Shown: positions 30,671 to 41,343, numbered from the stretch's first letter. The stretch: 64,000 nucleotides of DNA from Desulfurococcaceae archaeon (GCA_038816475.1 JAWBAI010000005.1:17566-81565), one strand, 5' to 3'. The notes: a model not told the origin generated them from the sequence alone. Program-made: numbers and translations.

Positions 30671-31522
30671 TTGAAGGTGTACATGAAGTCGGTTTTAAAC
30701 ACTGTAGTAAATCAACTTGAAAACCTAATCAGAGTTCTCGAGGAGAAGAACTACCCAGATTACTGCAGAAGAGAAGTTGCTAGGTTGAAGACGAAGCTGG
30801 AGAACGCGCAAGCACCGTTGATTCCTTCGCGAGTAATATGGGATAAGTACATTGCCTTGATGTCGGCGATAGAAGAGGCTATTGCAACAGCGAGTAGAGA
30901 AGTTGATAAGCTCGTGGTTTGCTCAATCATTAATGGTGTCAAGGAGTACAGCGAAGGATTCTACAGTGCTCTCCGAAGAAGCTACTACATTGAGAGGATT
31001 CAAATAGCATTACCCGTTATAATAGCATTCTCAGCATTTGCGTATAGAGTTTTAAACGAGATTTCTCCTGAAAACTTGTACTTGCTTGCAACATCACTAG
31101 TTTCCCTCGTACTGGTGTTTGCAAAGCCAATTGTAGGCTTAGCACTTCTCGGCCTTCTAGGGGTTCTAGTGCTGTACACGGCAACTACTCCAGTTGACTC
31201 AATGTTAGGTGCCCTACTCTTGTTTGCCAGTGTATCGTACACCTATGTACTTTATACCACGAGATCAGCTGGGTTTGAGAAGAAGCTTAGAGAAGTATCG
31301 GAGAGTATTCGTAATATAATAGTGCAAGGAATGAAGCCCAGAGGCTTAGACGTAGATGAAGCATTGTCTCAGGCGATAGAGAAGTACAGAGTTCCAAGCA
31401 ACGGTATCTTCAAGTTCATTGATAAAACCGAGGTTTTAAGATACAAGGCTGTTTTAATGAAAATGGCTGTGCACAACCTTAGTATTATAAAGGGAGTTGA
31501 AACTAGGAGTAATGGGATGTGA
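30671..31522 (+). CDS. Hypothetical membrane protein
   Basis: Helical N-terminus, central TM cluster, stop overlaps the next start. Confidence 0.7.
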   Translation: MKVYMKSVLNTVVNQLENLIRVLEEKNYPDYCRREVARLKTKLENAQAPLIPSRVIWDKYIALMSAIEEAIATASREVDKLVVCSIINGVKEYSEGFYSALRRSYYIERIQIALPVIIAFSAFAYRVLNEISPENLYLLATSLVSLVLVFAKPIVGLALLGLLGVLVLYTATTPVDSMLGALLLFASVSYTYVLYTTRSAGFEKKLREVSESIRNIIVQGMKPRGLDVDEALSQAIEKYRVPSNGIFKFIDKTEVLRYKAVLMKMAVHNLSIIKGVETRSNGM

Positions 31523-32007
31523 ACATGGGTGGCTTAAAGAAAACCAAAGTTGCTACAACTCAAACTGGTGGTGAAAAGGGTAAAGAAATAAGAATAGTCA
31601 CAAAGCATGTGGTTACCGTTAGCGATGTAGAGAAGAACCCAAGGCTAGTTAAACTACTGTACGTTCTATCAATACCAAGGGATGGCATCAGTGAAAAGGG
31701 GTTAACGTACGTTCTTTACTATATGAGCGAGAAGAACAAGAGCATAGGTTACACGTTCACCACGGTGAGTGGAACGCCGGTGAGCAGAGATCTAATGAAC
31801 GATCTAACGCTACTCAAGTACACCGGCTTAGTTGAAGTAGATGAGTCAAAGAAGCTCAGAGTTACAGGCATGGGTAAAGAGCTCCTCGACAAGGTCTCCC
31901 AGAAGATGCTCAGCGACTTCGAGGAGCTAAGGAAGCTTTTCGAGGAAAACTGGCCTAAGGTTTTACCAATAGATGTAGAAGTCTCGTTGAAGTCGAGGAA
32001 ACGCTAG
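31519..32007 (+). CDS. Hypothetical winged-helix protein
   Basis: KLLYVL...YTF...PVSRDLMNDLTLLKYTGLVEV...RVTGMG wHTH-like pattern. Confidence 0.65.
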   Translation: MNMGGLKKTKVATTQTGGEKGKEIRIVTKHVVTVSDVEKNPRLVKLLYVLSIPRDGISEKGLTYVLYYMSEKNKSIGYTFTTVSGTPVSRDLMNDLTLLKYTGLVEVDESKKLRVTGMGKELLDKVSQKMLSDFEELRKLFEENWPKVLPIDVEVSLKSRKR

Positions 32008-32411
32008 ATAACTGGTGTTGGTGGCTGTCTTTTCTGCTCTTTCTCCTCTCTTACGAGTCTAATGGTGAACAGTGGGTTTATCATGTTGTTTTCTTCTAGT
32101 TTCCTTAGGTACTCGGAGAACTTGGAGGTATGCTCTACGTCCAGGTCTATCAGCAGGTAGAATATTTGTCTTAGTTTCTCCCAGAGATCAACGAGCATTT
32201 CTCTGGGCATGTGCGTTGTTATCAAGGGGTCCTTTAGCCAGTTGTCGAACGCTTCAATGGTTCTCTCCATGTGCTGGAATGCTAGTCTTGAGAGTGTTAT
32301 TAGTGTAAGTCTATCTGCTTCTCTGTAGGCTTCCTCAGCCTTCATGAACAAGCTTTTCACTTCCAGCTGTTTTTTAACCCATGATTCCAGGTTTTCGTAG
32401 AATCCGGTCAT
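32004..32411 (-). CDS. DUF2153 family crenarchaeal protein
   Basis: ADRLTLI..SRLAFQHMERTIEAFDNWLKDP..HMPREML. Confidence 0.8.
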   Translation of the reverse strand: MTGFYENLESWVKKQLEVKSLFMKAEEAYREADRLTLITLSRLAFQHMERTIEAFDNWLKDPLITTHMPREMLVDLWEKLRQIFYLLIDLDVEHTSKFSEYLRKLEENNMINPLFTIRLVREEKEQKRQPPTPVI

Positions 32412-32444
32412 TTAGATATGCACCCTTGAGTCTTTAAGCTAAAA

Positions 32445-32487
32445 TCTACTTTATACTTTTCGGTAACTCTACTTTATGCTTTTCGGT
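32445..32487 (-). repeat. Tandem 20-bp direct repeat containing BRE+TATA (duplicated promoter core)
   Basis: TCTACTTTATACTTTTCGGT (32445-64) and TCTACTTTATGCTTTTCGGT (32468-87); minus strand reads ACCGAAAAGTATAAAGTAGA. Confidence 0.75.
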
Positions 32488-32603
32488 TCCATAGTACTAG
32501 AGGTGCTTTTTAAACAGTTCAGCGGATTTGCTTTAAAGCTGATAAACTGAAAAGTATAGTCTAGACATGGATTTAGACTTCGTTGCATTAGAGCACTAGT
32601 GCA

Positions 32604-33332
32604 GTGTTCTTCATGAAGACCAGTGATAAGGTTCTTATAGGTGTAGATGAAGCTGGTCGTGGTCCATTGATTGGTGACATGGTTATAGTTGCAGTAGCTA
32701 TTCCTCAATACATGGAGAATACTCTTTTGAACGAGGGTGTAAGAGATAGCAAAACCCTGAATCCAGAGAAAAGGAGGAGACTTTCCTATTTCCTCCTGGG
32801 GAGCGATCTCTTGTCTGTTGCAGTATACGTTCCACCGTGGAGAATAGATGAATCTAATCTGAACGATGTTGAAGCTAGGTACATTGGTAAAGCACTAGGA
32901 ATGCTATCAAGAGTTCTCAACAAGCTACAACCGAGCGAAGTACATGTATACGTGGATGAAGTCAAAGGTCGTAGTGAAATGATAAAGAAACATGTTGCCA
33001 GCATGTTCAGAGCGTGTGAAAGGCTCAACGTGAGAGTAGAACCAGATGCGGACGCAAAGTACACAGCTGTATCAGTAGCCAGCATACTGGCAAAGGTGTT
33101 TAGAGACTCCTCGTTGACTCCTCTACGCAGAATCTTCGGGGATTTTGGTTCAGGGTATGCTTCGGACAGTAGAACCATAAGCTGGGTATCCAGTTACTAC
33201 GCTAGCCGCAGAGAACCTCCTGTTTTCATAAGGAGAACCTGGAGAACTCTCAGGAATATAGCTCCGGACTGGTACACTAGCAAGAGGAGAACAAGTGGAT
33301 ACAGAACTCTACTGGATTACGTTAAGAGGTGA
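32604..33332 (+). CDS. rnhB: Ribonuclease HII
   Basis: GVDEAGRGP, GVRDSK, ASILAKV.RD, GDFGSGY. Confidence 0.96.
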   Translation: MFFMKTSDKVLIGVDEAGRGPLIGDMVIVAVAIPQYMENTLLNEGVRDSKTLNPEKRRRLSYFLLGSDLLSVAVYVPPWRIDESNLNDVEARYIGKALGMLSRVLNKLQPSEVHVYVDEVKGRSEMIKKHVASMFRACERLNVRVEPDADAKYTAVSVASILAKVFRDSSLTPLRRIFGDFGSGYASDSRTISWVSSYYASRREPPVFIRRTWRTLRNIAPDWYTSKRRTSGYRTLLDYVKR

Positions 33333-33339
33333 ACAATCT

Positions 33340-34503
33340 ATGCCAACGAACCTACCAGCTGAAGCCAAAGCAAAGTGGATCAAGGTGATGGAAGCTCGAA
33401 CAACAGAGGAGAAGATCAGAGCATTAGAGGAGTTCCTATCAAGTGTACCCAAGCACAAGGGTACAGAGAGACTGAGAGAGTGGGCAACAAAAAGGCTTGC
33501 TCAGCTCCGCGAGGAGCTAGAGGAGAAGAGGAGGAAGAGAACAGGGGGTAGATCTCTGTACTTCGTTGAGAAGGAGGGTGATGCACAGATAGTGGTCATA
33601 GGGTTACCGAACAGTGGAAAAAGCACGCTTGTACACAGGCTTACAGGTGCTAAAACAGTAATCGCGGATTACCCCTTCTCAACAACGTACCCTGTTCCAG
33701 GTATGCTTAAGTACAACGACGTGTACTTTCAGCTAGTTGATACAATGCCACTGTACCCAGGATCAGCGCTCTCAAGTAAAACCATTGGCTTGATCAGAAA
33801 CGCAGACGGTGTAGTTGTAGTGCTGGACGCGACGCAGGACCCGGTTAAACAGCTTGAAACGATCTTGAACATACTGAGAGAAGAGGGAGTTCACCTCGCG
33901 AAACCCAAGGGTAGAGTACAGATAGACATTGTGAGAGCAGGTAAAACCGGAATTAGAGTAACTGTACTTGGAAAACTTATAGATGCCACAGTCGACGATG
34001 TAAGAAAACTGCTGGAGAGCTACAGAGTGTACAATGCACACGTTAAGTTGTACGGCGAGGTAACCATAGACGATGTAGAGCTAGCACTGTTCGAAGCTAC
34101 GATGTACAAGCCGGCACTAGTCTTCGTAAACAAATCGGATGCAGCTAAGCCAAGTGAGCCCGTGATCGAGGACTTAAAAAAGCTTCTTCCCGGCTCACAC
34201 ATTGTAATCGGTTCAGCGCTAAAAGGCATTGAAATAGATTGTATTGGAAGAGCCATATACGATATGCTAGAGATCATTAGAGTTTACACGAAAGCACCCA
34301 ATGCTCCACCAGCTAGGAAACCACTAGTACTAAAACGTGGTGCAACAGTGCGAGATGTAGCTGTAAACGTGCACAGCGAGTTCCTGGAGAACTTTCTCTA
34401 CGCAAGAGTATGGGGTCGCTCCGTGAACTACCCCGGTGAGAAAGTTGGATTGGATCACGTGCTTGAGGATGGTGATGTGGTTGAAATACACGTTCGTGGT
34501 TAA
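33340..34503 (+). CDS. DRG/OBG-family GTPase with TGS domain
   Basis: MPTNLP start after GAGGTGA RBS, PKHKGTE, GLPNSGKST, NKSD, C-terminal TGS. Confidence 0.95.
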   Translation: MPTNLPAEAKAKWIKVMEARTTEEKIRALEEFLSSVPKHKGTERLREWATKRLAQLREELEEKRRKRTGGRSLYFVEKEGDAQIVVIGLPNSGKSTLVHRLTGAKTVIADYPFSTTYPVPGMLKYNDVYFQLVDTMPLYPGSALSSKTIGLIRNADGVVVVLDATQDPVKQLETILNILREEGVHLAKPKGRVQIDIVRAGKTGIRVTVLGKLIDATVDDVRKLLESYRVYNAHVKLYGEVTIDDVELALFEATMYKPALVFVNKSDAAKPSEPVIEDLKKLLPGSHIVIGSALKGIEIDCIGRAIYDMLEIIRVYTKAPNAPPARKPLVLKRGATVRDVAVNVHSEFLENFLYARVWGRSVNYPGEKVGLDHVLEDGDVVEIHVRG

Positions 34504-34874
34504 CACGTGTACAACTCCACACCCGCTACTGTAAGAAACCTGGTTACAGGATCCAGGGAGCTTTTCTCATCGCATAAGTATACTCTTGATGGCTTCACCA
34601 ACGTGAAAACTCTGAGAGCAGTTTCTTCGGGGTTTCTACCAGCGTAAACGATTACCTTCTCCACTAGAAGCTCTCTCAGTAGACCCATGGATGCTAGTAC
34701 TCTCATTGTTGATCTGTCAACGACTAACCAAACGTTCTCGCGTCCAAGCGTGTTCAGAATCTCGCTGAGAAACCTCAAGCCCCTCGGTGTACTGGTCGAG
34801 AGTACAACTAGCAACTGTTCGTTTCTTCGACTGCTCCTCAATAGGTTCACCCAACTCTTATAAACCATTAGCAA
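34500..34874 (-). CDS. Hypothetical protein
   Basis: 124-aa ORF filling the gap; stop overlaps the convergent gene. Confidence 0.55.
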   Translation of the reverse strand: MLMVYKSWVNLLRSSRRNEQLLVVLSTSTPRGLRFLSEILNTLGRENVWLVVDRSTMRVLASMGLLRELLVEKVIVYAGRNPEETALRVFTLVKPSRVYLCDEKSSLDPVTRFLTVAGVELYTC

Positions 34875-34926
34875 AATATATCTACAACGAGAGCACTGTG
34901 CTTAGTGGTTTAAAGGTGCAAACATT

Positions 34927-35307
34927 TTGAGCACTGCAGAACTGGCATCGTACCTTGAATCCCTTGGCTACAGGGTTCATCAACTTGAGGATAAGAAACT
35001 GGTAATTGTTCACCCCTCGCTTCCTCTTCAACTCTACATCGAGTTCAAGGAACCACTGGTTTACATAGGGATAAGGTTTGATAGAGACGAGCTTGCGGAT
35101 GTGCTTAGGGATATTCACGAATCGGGTGAAAGCATCGAGGAGGTTGTCGAGGAAGCTTTAAGCTACCTTAGCGTGGCATCTCTGAGAGCGCGTAAATGGC
35201 TCGAAGATAAGGGATATACGCCAGTTTTCAGACTCAGGGATAGTAGTGTTGAGGTGTACGAGTTGCTCGAGGATCTCCGGGAAGAGCTTGAGTTGGAGGA
35301 GGAGTAG
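34927..35307 (+). CDS. Hypothetical acidic protein
   Basis: 126-aa ORF directly abutting the mutase gene. Confidence 0.7.
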   Translation: MSTAELASYLESLGYRVHQLEDKKLVIVHPSLPLQLYIEFKEPLVYIGIRFDRDELADVLRDIHESGESIEEVVEEALSYLSVASLRARKWLEDKGYTPVFRLRDSSVEVYELLEDLREELELEEE

Positions 35308-36678
35308 ATGACTCAGAGACAGAGGCTCTTTGGAACAGATGGTGTACGAGGAGTTGTTGGAGTAGATTTGAACCCAGTATTCATCTCTAGGCTAGCATCA
35401 GCGATTGCCTTCTTCTTTGGAGAAGGCTCACGGATCCTAGTTGGAAGAGATACTCGCGCAGGCGGAGAAGCTGTTCAAGCCATAGTTACCGGTACTCTTC
35501 AGCTATCAGGTATAAAAGTCTACGATGCTGGTGTAGTACCAACACCCGCGCTACAGTACGCTGTGAAAACACAGGGTTTCGACGGCGGAATTGTGATCAC
35601 GGCAAGCCACAACCCACCGGAGTACAACGGAATAAAGGTGATTGGACCAACGGGGATAGAAATAGACAGAGATGAAGAGAGAGTAGTTGAGGAGTACTTC
35701 TGGGAGGAGAAGTACAAACCCGTGGACTGGAGAGCTGTTCAAAACGTTGAGAAGTACCCTTGCGTAAACGACATCTACGTTAAGGCTGTTGTTGAGCTTG
35801 TTGACAGAGAATCCATAGCTTCAAAAGGCTTCAAAGTTCTCGTAGACCCGGCGAACGGTCCAGGCGCTTTGACAACACCTAGGATTCTTAGAATGCTCGG
35901 TGCTAAGCCATTGGTGATCAACGGTGATCTCAGCCCTGTACCAGCTAGACTACCAGAGCCAACTCCTGAAACTCTATCCAAGGCAGCATATGAAACAGTA
36001 GCAACTGGGTGCGATCTAGGCGTTGGACACGATGGTGATGCTGATAGAGCAATATTCATAGATGAAGCTGGCCGTGTTCACTGGGGAGATAGATCAGCCG
36101 TGTTGCTCATAAAGCACCTATGGGTTAACCGAGGTGAGAGAGGCCGAGTATACACAGGGGTTTCCTCGAGCATCGTTGTCGAAGAAGTTCTCAGACCTCT
36201 CGGTGTAGAAGTTGTTTGGCTTAAGGTTGGGAGCGTGGATATAGCACACGCTATGAGGAGAAGTGGTGACGCTCTCTGCGGGTTCGAGGAGAACGGAGGC
36301 TTCTTCTACGTTAAGCACCAGTACGTTAGAGACGGAGGAATGACTACAGCGCTCTTCCTCGAGTTCATGGCTAAGGAGAGGAGAAAAGCATCAGAGCTGT
36401 TCGATGAGCTACCGAGGTACATTACTGTGAAAACCAAGTACACTATGAGCCGTGATAAAGCACTCATGGTGGTTGAAAAAGTAAAAGAGCTCTTCAAGCA
36501 CGAGCGACTTGTAACAGTGGATGGTGTTAAGGTAATATCGAGTGACTACTGGTTACTGGTGAGACCAAGTGGTACAGAGCCTCTTCTCAGAATTATGCTT
36601 GAAGCTAAAACAGAGGATAAGGTCAAGGAGCTACTCGAATCAGTGGACTCTGTTATAAAGGAGGTGATTAAGCATTGA
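35308..36678 (+). CDS. Phosphohexomutase (phosphoglucosamine mutase / PMM-PGM family)
   Basis: FGTDGVRG, TASHNP, DGDADR, EENGG, RPSGTEP. Confidence 0.95.
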   Translation: MTQRQRLFGTDGVRGVVGVDLNPVFISRLASAIAFFFGEGSRILVGRDTRAGGEAVQAIVTGTLQLSGIKVYDAGVVPTPALQYAVKTQGFDGGIVITASHNPPEYNGIKVIGPTGIEIDRDEERVVEEYFWEEKYKPVDWRAVQNVEKYPCVNDIYVKAVVELVDRESIASKGFKVLVDPANGPGALTTPRILRMLGAKPLVINGDLSPVPARLPEPTPETLSKAAYETVATGCDLGVGHDGDADRAIFIDEAGRVHWGDRSAVLLIKHLWVNRGERGRVYTGVSSSIVVEEVLRPLGVEVVWLKVGSVDIAHAMRRSGDALCGFEENGGFFYVKHQYVRDGGMTTALFLEFMAKERRKASELFDELPRYITVKTKYTMSRDKALMVVEKVKELFKHERLVTVDGVKVISSDYWLLVRPSGTEPLLRIMLEAKTEDKVKELLESVDSVIKEVIKH

Positions 36679-37082
36679 TGAGGTACTGGGGTTTAGATGT
36701 TCTCAAGTGTGTTAACTGCAAAAGGTTTCCACTAGAAATGTACGTTATCGAGGAAGAGCGTCAAAACGTAGATACAAGTGGAATCGAGAAACCTCTATGC
36801 AAAGAGTTCTGCGGTTTCCTGAAAGCGAAGATTGAACCCGGTTCTGAGTACCCCTGCGATGAGTGCTTGAGAATAGGCATTAAAACAGCTGTACTGTACT
36901 GTCCTGACTGCAAGCACTGGTACCCGGTTAGAGATGGAATAGTAATAATGCTAACGGACAACAAGAGGAAGCGAGAAAGGGATCTCGATTTCCTCAGGAA
37001 GTACGTGGACAAAATACCAGAGCATATAGTAAGAGAAGGAAAACCATTCAACTTAACCTCAGATGAACCTCGAGAAGCTTAA
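36675..37082 (+). CDS. trm112: Trm112 family methyltransferase activator
   Basis: LDVLKCVNCKRFPL...LYCPDCKHWYPVRDGIVIML. Confidence 0.85.
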   Translation: MMRYWGLDVLKCVNCKRFPLEMYVIEEERQNVDTSGIEKPLCKEFCGFLKAKIEPGSEYPCDECLRIGIKTAVLYCPDCKHWYPVRDGIVIMLTDNKRKRERDLDFLRKYVDKIPEHIVREGKPFNLTSDEPREA

Positions 37083-37207
37083 TAGTATAAGATTCTATTA
37101 ACGAGAAAGCTCTGGGATTCGCATCTTCCAAAGTGTTTATCTTATTGAAGTAAAGGCCAAAAAGTTAGGTTTATAAACTTGAGCAACAAAGATCTTGATC
37201 GTACAAG

Positions 37208-38608
37208 GTGAAGAATATGTCTATTCCCTCAAAGATCCTGGTACCAGCACTAGCAATTCTAATAGTTCTTGCAGCTGTTGGTGGATATCTCGCTGGATAC
37301 TACACTGGTAGACCTCCTGCTGTTGTTGAGTACAAACCACCGGAGAAGATCAAGGCTGCTTGGATATACGTGGGTCCTGTGGGTGACATGGGTTGGTCAT
37401 ACATGCACGATATTGGTAGAAGATTCGTAGCAGAGCTCTTCAAAGACTGGCTTGAAACAACCTACGTAGAGGCTGTTCCCGAGCCCAGGTTGCTAGAGGT
37501 CATAGATGACCTTGTTGCAAAGGGCTATAACGTGATATTCACAACATCATTCGAGTTCATGGATAAGACGATTGAGGCTGGTAAGAAGTACTCCAACGTA
37601 ATGTTCTTCCACTGCTCTGGCTACAAGAGGTATAGAAACGTGGGAACTTACTTTGCGGACTTATACCAGGTTTACTACTTGAACGGACTGATGGCTGGTG
37701 CTTTAACGAGGACGGGTCAAATAGGATACGTAGCAGCGTTCCTAATACCTGAAGTCGTAAGGCATATCAACGCTTTTGCACTAGGAGCAAAGGAGATCGG
37801 TGAACAACTAGGAAAGAACATAACAGTTCACGTAATTGAGATTGGAGCGTGGTATGCACCTGAAAAAGCAAGAGAAGCTGCTGAAACTCTTCGCAGGCTT
37901 TACAACGTAGATGTCATAGCTTTCACAGAGGATAGCACAGCTATAGTGGAATGGGCTGAAGCCAACGGGGTATACGTGTTCAGCCACTACGGTCCAATGC
38001 TGGAGTATGGACCTAGGTACATTGTTAGCGGTCAGCTAGTTAGGTGGGAGGTTATATACGCGGATATCCTCATCAAGGTCAAGACTGGTGTTCTAAGACC
38101 AGACAACTTGGAGAACGTAGACTACTGGTACCTCCTAAGTAGTGGAGCAGTTGAAATGGCAGCAGGTATTGATAGGAACGGTAGACCAATCTACATTAAT
38201 CCAGTATATGAAGATGTGTTCAAGAACATCAGAGTCAAAGATAAGCTAACGGGTGAGGAAATAACCCTCTACGACTTAATATGGAGAAGATACTGGCAAA
38301 TGAGAGGTGCATTCATGGTACTACCATTGCAGTTCTCAGCTCTTACTCACATGTACGAGCACATAACTCATATAACCTTAGAATGGGGTGGAAAAATAGG
38401 TAGATTACCATACCCAATAGCCGCGGAGTTCGACCCGTTCACTGGTCCGCTTAGAGGGTACTGCCTATACGATGCAGCTGCATCGTTCTCAAAGGAGTGC
38501 AAAGCTCTGGGTAAAGGAGGAATAGTAACCATACCAACAGGTGTTCGATTAACTCACGAAGACCTCTGGAACATGGACTGGTTCTTGGACTTCGTCATCA
38601 AGCGTTAG
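37208..38608 (+). CDS. BMP-family (nucleoside/purine) ABC transporter substrate-binding protein
   Basis: N-terminal anchor, YVGPVGDMGWSYMHD, IFTTSF, PEVVRHINAF. Confidence 0.92.
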   Translation: MKNMSIPSKILVPALAILIVLAAVGGYLAGYYTGRPPAVVEYKPPEKIKAAWIYVGPVGDMGWSYMHDIGRRFVAELFKDWLETTYVEAVPEPRLLEVIDDLVAKGYNVIFTTSFEFMDKTIEAGKKYSNVMFFHCSGYKRYRNVGTYFADLYQVYYLNGLMAGALTRTGQIGYVAAFLIPEVVRHINAFALGAKEIGEQLGKNITVHVIEIGAWYAPEKAREAAETLRRLYNVDVIAFTEDSTAIVEWAEANGVYVFSHYGPMLEYGPRYIVSGQLVRWEVIYADILIKVKTGVLRPDNLENVDYWYLLSSGAVEMAAGIDRNGRPIYINPVYEDVFKNIRVKDKLTGEEITLYDLIWRRYWQMRGAFMVLPLQFSALTHMYEHITHITLEWGGKIGRLPYPIAAEFDPFTGPLRGYCLYDAAASFSKECKALGKGGIVTIPTGVRLTHEDLWNMDWFLDFVIKR

Positions 38609-38616
38609 GTCACCTA

Positions 38617-38648
38617 TTTTTTTCTTGAAGACTTAACCTTCATTTTTT
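38617..38648 (+). terminator. Putative U-rich archaeal terminator/attenuator between the SBP and ATPase genes
   Basis: T7 run at 38617-23 and T6 run at 38643-48 just after the stop codon. Confidence 0.45.
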
Positions 38649-38670
38649 GCTTAAATCATCGTGAAAGGGG

Positions 38671-40206
38671 TTGGTGTTGGGTCTCAAGCCCATAGTAGAA
38701 GCAGTAAACATAACTAAGAGATTTCCCGGGGGAGTAGTAGCGTTAGATAGTGTAAGTCTCGAGCTTTACGAGGGCGAAGCAGTAGCACTTCTCGGTGAGA
38801 ACGGATCTGGGAAATCTACTCTTGTTAAAGTACTATCTGGAATATATACACCGGATGAAGGACTGGTGAAGATCAGCGGAAAAGAGGTAACTATGAGAAA
38901 CCCGAGTGATGCGATTAAACATGGAATAATTCTCATATCTCAGACACCTCAACTAGTTGAAAGATTAACTGTAGCTGAAAACCTTGCAGTTTTTCTATCT
39001 GCTCTTAAGATGAGTAAACCATTCTCGAGCATTAAGTGGATTGGAAAGTACGTTGAGAAGGAAGCTTTGAAACTCGGTATACGCGTAGATCCGTTCGCAA
39101 GGGTCCATACTCTTAGCTATACTCAAAAGCAGCTCGTGGAGATACTTAAGGCTGTGTTAGCGGGAGCACGAGTACTACTGCTCGATGAAGCTCTAACCTA
39201 CTTACCTGTTGAGGAGCGGAAGAAACTGTACAACTACGTGGTGGAGTATAAGAAGAAAGGAGGCACAGTCGTCGTTATAACACATAAGCTGAGTGAAGCA
39301 TTAGAAGTAGCTGATAGAATAGTTGTTTTAAAGGATGGTCGAGTAAGAGGTATTCTAAGGAGGGAAGAGGCCACATTAGACAATGTAAGATATTTAATGT
39401 TCGGTGAATGTGCTAGAGAAATAACCTACGAGAGACTCGTTAGTCGTAGTACTCCAGATGAGCCAGTTATAGTTGCAAAAGACCTGCGAGTTCTTGATGA
39501 TTATGGTAGAGAAGCTGTTAGAGGAGTTAACCTGGAGGTTAGAAGTGGTGAAATAGTCGGCATAGCGGGTATTACGGGGAACGGCCAAAAGGAGCTTTTG
39601 GAAGCCATAGCTGGTTTACGTAGAGTTAAAAGTGGTCGTATTTATGCTAAAGACCTTTCCTCGGGCAACTTCGTAGAAGTTACAAATAAGGGTGCACGAG
39701 TGATCCGAGAACTCGGAATCGGTGTTATACCTGAAAACATACTTCTACATGGTGTATCAATAGAAGACCCAATCGTAGTAAACTTGATTGCTCTATATCA
39801 GAGAAACGGTTTTCTTGTAGATTGGCGTAAAGCGTCTAGCTTGGCAAAGGCTTTGATCAACGAGTTGAGGATCTTAACTCGAGATGAGCACACTCCGTGT
39901 AAACTGCTTTCCGGGGGTAACTTAATGAAGGTTGTCGTGGGTAGAGAACTGATGTACAGTAGAAGTGCACTCCTCGCGTACAATCCAACGAGAGCTCTAG
40001 ACGAGGTGACGGCTATTCGTGTTAGAAAGATCATGAGTTATAAGGCGTTAAACGAGAAGCTCGCTGTTCTACTGGTCTCCGAGGACCTCGACGAGGTGCT
40101 ACAAGTTAGTAGTAAGGTGTACGTTATGAACTCAGGTAAGCTCTACGGTCCATTTGACCCAGAGCAAACTAACCGTAGTGAGATCGAGAGCTACATGGTG
40201 ATGTAA
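38671..40206 (+). CDS. Nucleoside/sugar ABC transporter ATP-binding protein (tandem ABC domains)
   Basis: GENGSGKST, LLLDE, GITGNGQKEL, LSGGN, SEDLDE. Confidence 0.93.
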   Translation: MVLGLKPIVEAVNITKRFPGGVVALDSVSLELYEGEAVALLGENGSGKSTLVKVLSGIYTPDEGLVKISGKEVTMRNPSDAIKHGIILISQTPQLVERLTVAENLAVFLSALKMSKPFSSIKWIGKYVEKEALKLGIRVDPFARVHTLSYTQKQLVEILKAVLAGARVLLLDEALTYLPVEERKKLYNYVVEYKKKGGTVVVITHKLSEALEVADRIVVLKDGRVRGILRREEATLDNVRYLMFGECAREITYERLVSRSTPDEPVIVAKDLRVLDDYGREAVRGVNLEVRSGEIVGIAGITGNGQKELLEAIAGLRRVKSGRIYAKDLSSGNFVEVTNKGARVIRELGIGVIPENILLHGVSIEDPIVVNLIALYQRNGFLVDWRKASSLAKALINELRILTRDEHTPCKLLSGGNLMKVVVGRELMYSRSALLAYNPTRALDEVTAIRVRKIMSYKALNEKLAVLLVSEDLDEVLQVSSKVYVMNSGKLYGPFDPEQTNRSEIESYMVM

Positions 40207-41343
40207 ATGCACGTGGTTGTCTTAAAGAGAAAGCAACCACTTAAATACGGTGTACTCGCTGTAATGCTACCCTCGATAATACTGGGAGTAGCTGTATTCA
40301 CGTTAATCAACTGGATCTCAGGTGCAGACCCGATCAGCACACTACAACTCATAGCAACATCCTTTGTATCTCCTATTGTGATCAAGGACGTAATACTACT
40401 AACCATGCTCGGCTACGCTTTACTAGTCTCGTTCAAAGCAGCTATTTGGAACATAGGTGGAGAGGGGCAATTCTTCATGGGTGCTCTTGCAACCGTAGTT
40501 ACAATACTGCACTTGCTACCGGAAAACCCGCCAGAAAACCAAGCACCACTCTACATGGTAGCAGGACTCTTTTTCTCCGTTGTTCTCGCATCTCTAGCTG
40601 GTGCTGCCTGGGCGTTCATCGCTGGTTTAATCAAAGCCTATGCTAAACTGGATGAAGTTCCAGTTACACTCCTGCTGAACTACATTGCATACTACTTGAT
40701 AAACTACCTAGTGTACTATCCTCTACGTGGAAGAAGAGTCTACGGTTACGTTAGAACAGATGAAATACCATCAGTGTACCGGGTAAACATACGCTTACTT
40801 ATACCAACGCCTGAGGACCCGGTTACTAGAGCACTTGTTTTCGCAGTTCAGCAGGTAATCTACTACGCCGTATGGATACTGGGTGCTCTTCTACTAGCTG
40901 TCTTGACTTGGTTTATACTGAGAAGAACTAGGATCGGCTTGTACATTCAGATCCACGGTTCAAACCCTGAGTACCTCGCTGCACTAGGTATTGACCCGAG
41001 GAAAGTAGCCATATCTGCAATCACTCTATCTGGACTACTCGTGGGCTACGCATCCACGTTCTACACTCTAGGTGATATGTTCAGAATCAGCTACCCTGTT
41101 CAAGAGGTTACAGGTGGTTATGGTTTCCTCGCTGTTCTTGTAGCATGGTTATCACTACTGGAGTTCAAGTACATTCCGATCTCAGCGTACATTGTATCAT
41201 CACTGCGGAGTGCTGGCTATGCTCTTCAAATAGGTGGATTAGGCGCCATGGAGCAAATGCTAATTCTCATTGGAGTAGTACTTCTCTTCTCTTCTACACT
41301 CAGATTCTTAACTGAGTACGAGGTGAAGGTGAGATTCAAGTGA
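40207..41343 (+). CDS. Nucleoside ABC transporter permease
   Basis: WNIGGEGQ, DEVPVTLLLNY. Confidence 0.9.
   Translation: MHVVVLKRKQPLKYGVLAVMLPSIILGVAVFTLINWISGADPISTLQLIATSFVSPIVIKDVILLTMLGYALLVSFKAAIWNIGGEGQFFMGALATVVTILHLLPENPPENQAPLYMVAGLFFSVVLASLAGAAWAFIAGLIKAYAKLDEVPVTLLLNYIAYYLINYLVYYPLRGRRVYGYVRTDEIPSVYRVNIRLLIPTPEDPVTRALVFAVQQVIYYAVWILGALLLAVLTWFILRRTRIGLYIQIHGSNPEYLAALGIDPRKVAISAITLSGLLVGYASTFYTLGDMFRISYPVQEVTGGYGFLAVLVAWLSLLEFKYIPISAYIVSSLRSAGYALQIGGLGAMEQMLILIGVVLLFSSTLRFLTEYEVKVRFK

Noticed and set aside
31468-31475. Third TGTGCACA palindrome
   Set aside because: Single copy inside a coding region; about one chance occurrence of an 8-mer is expected in 64 kb
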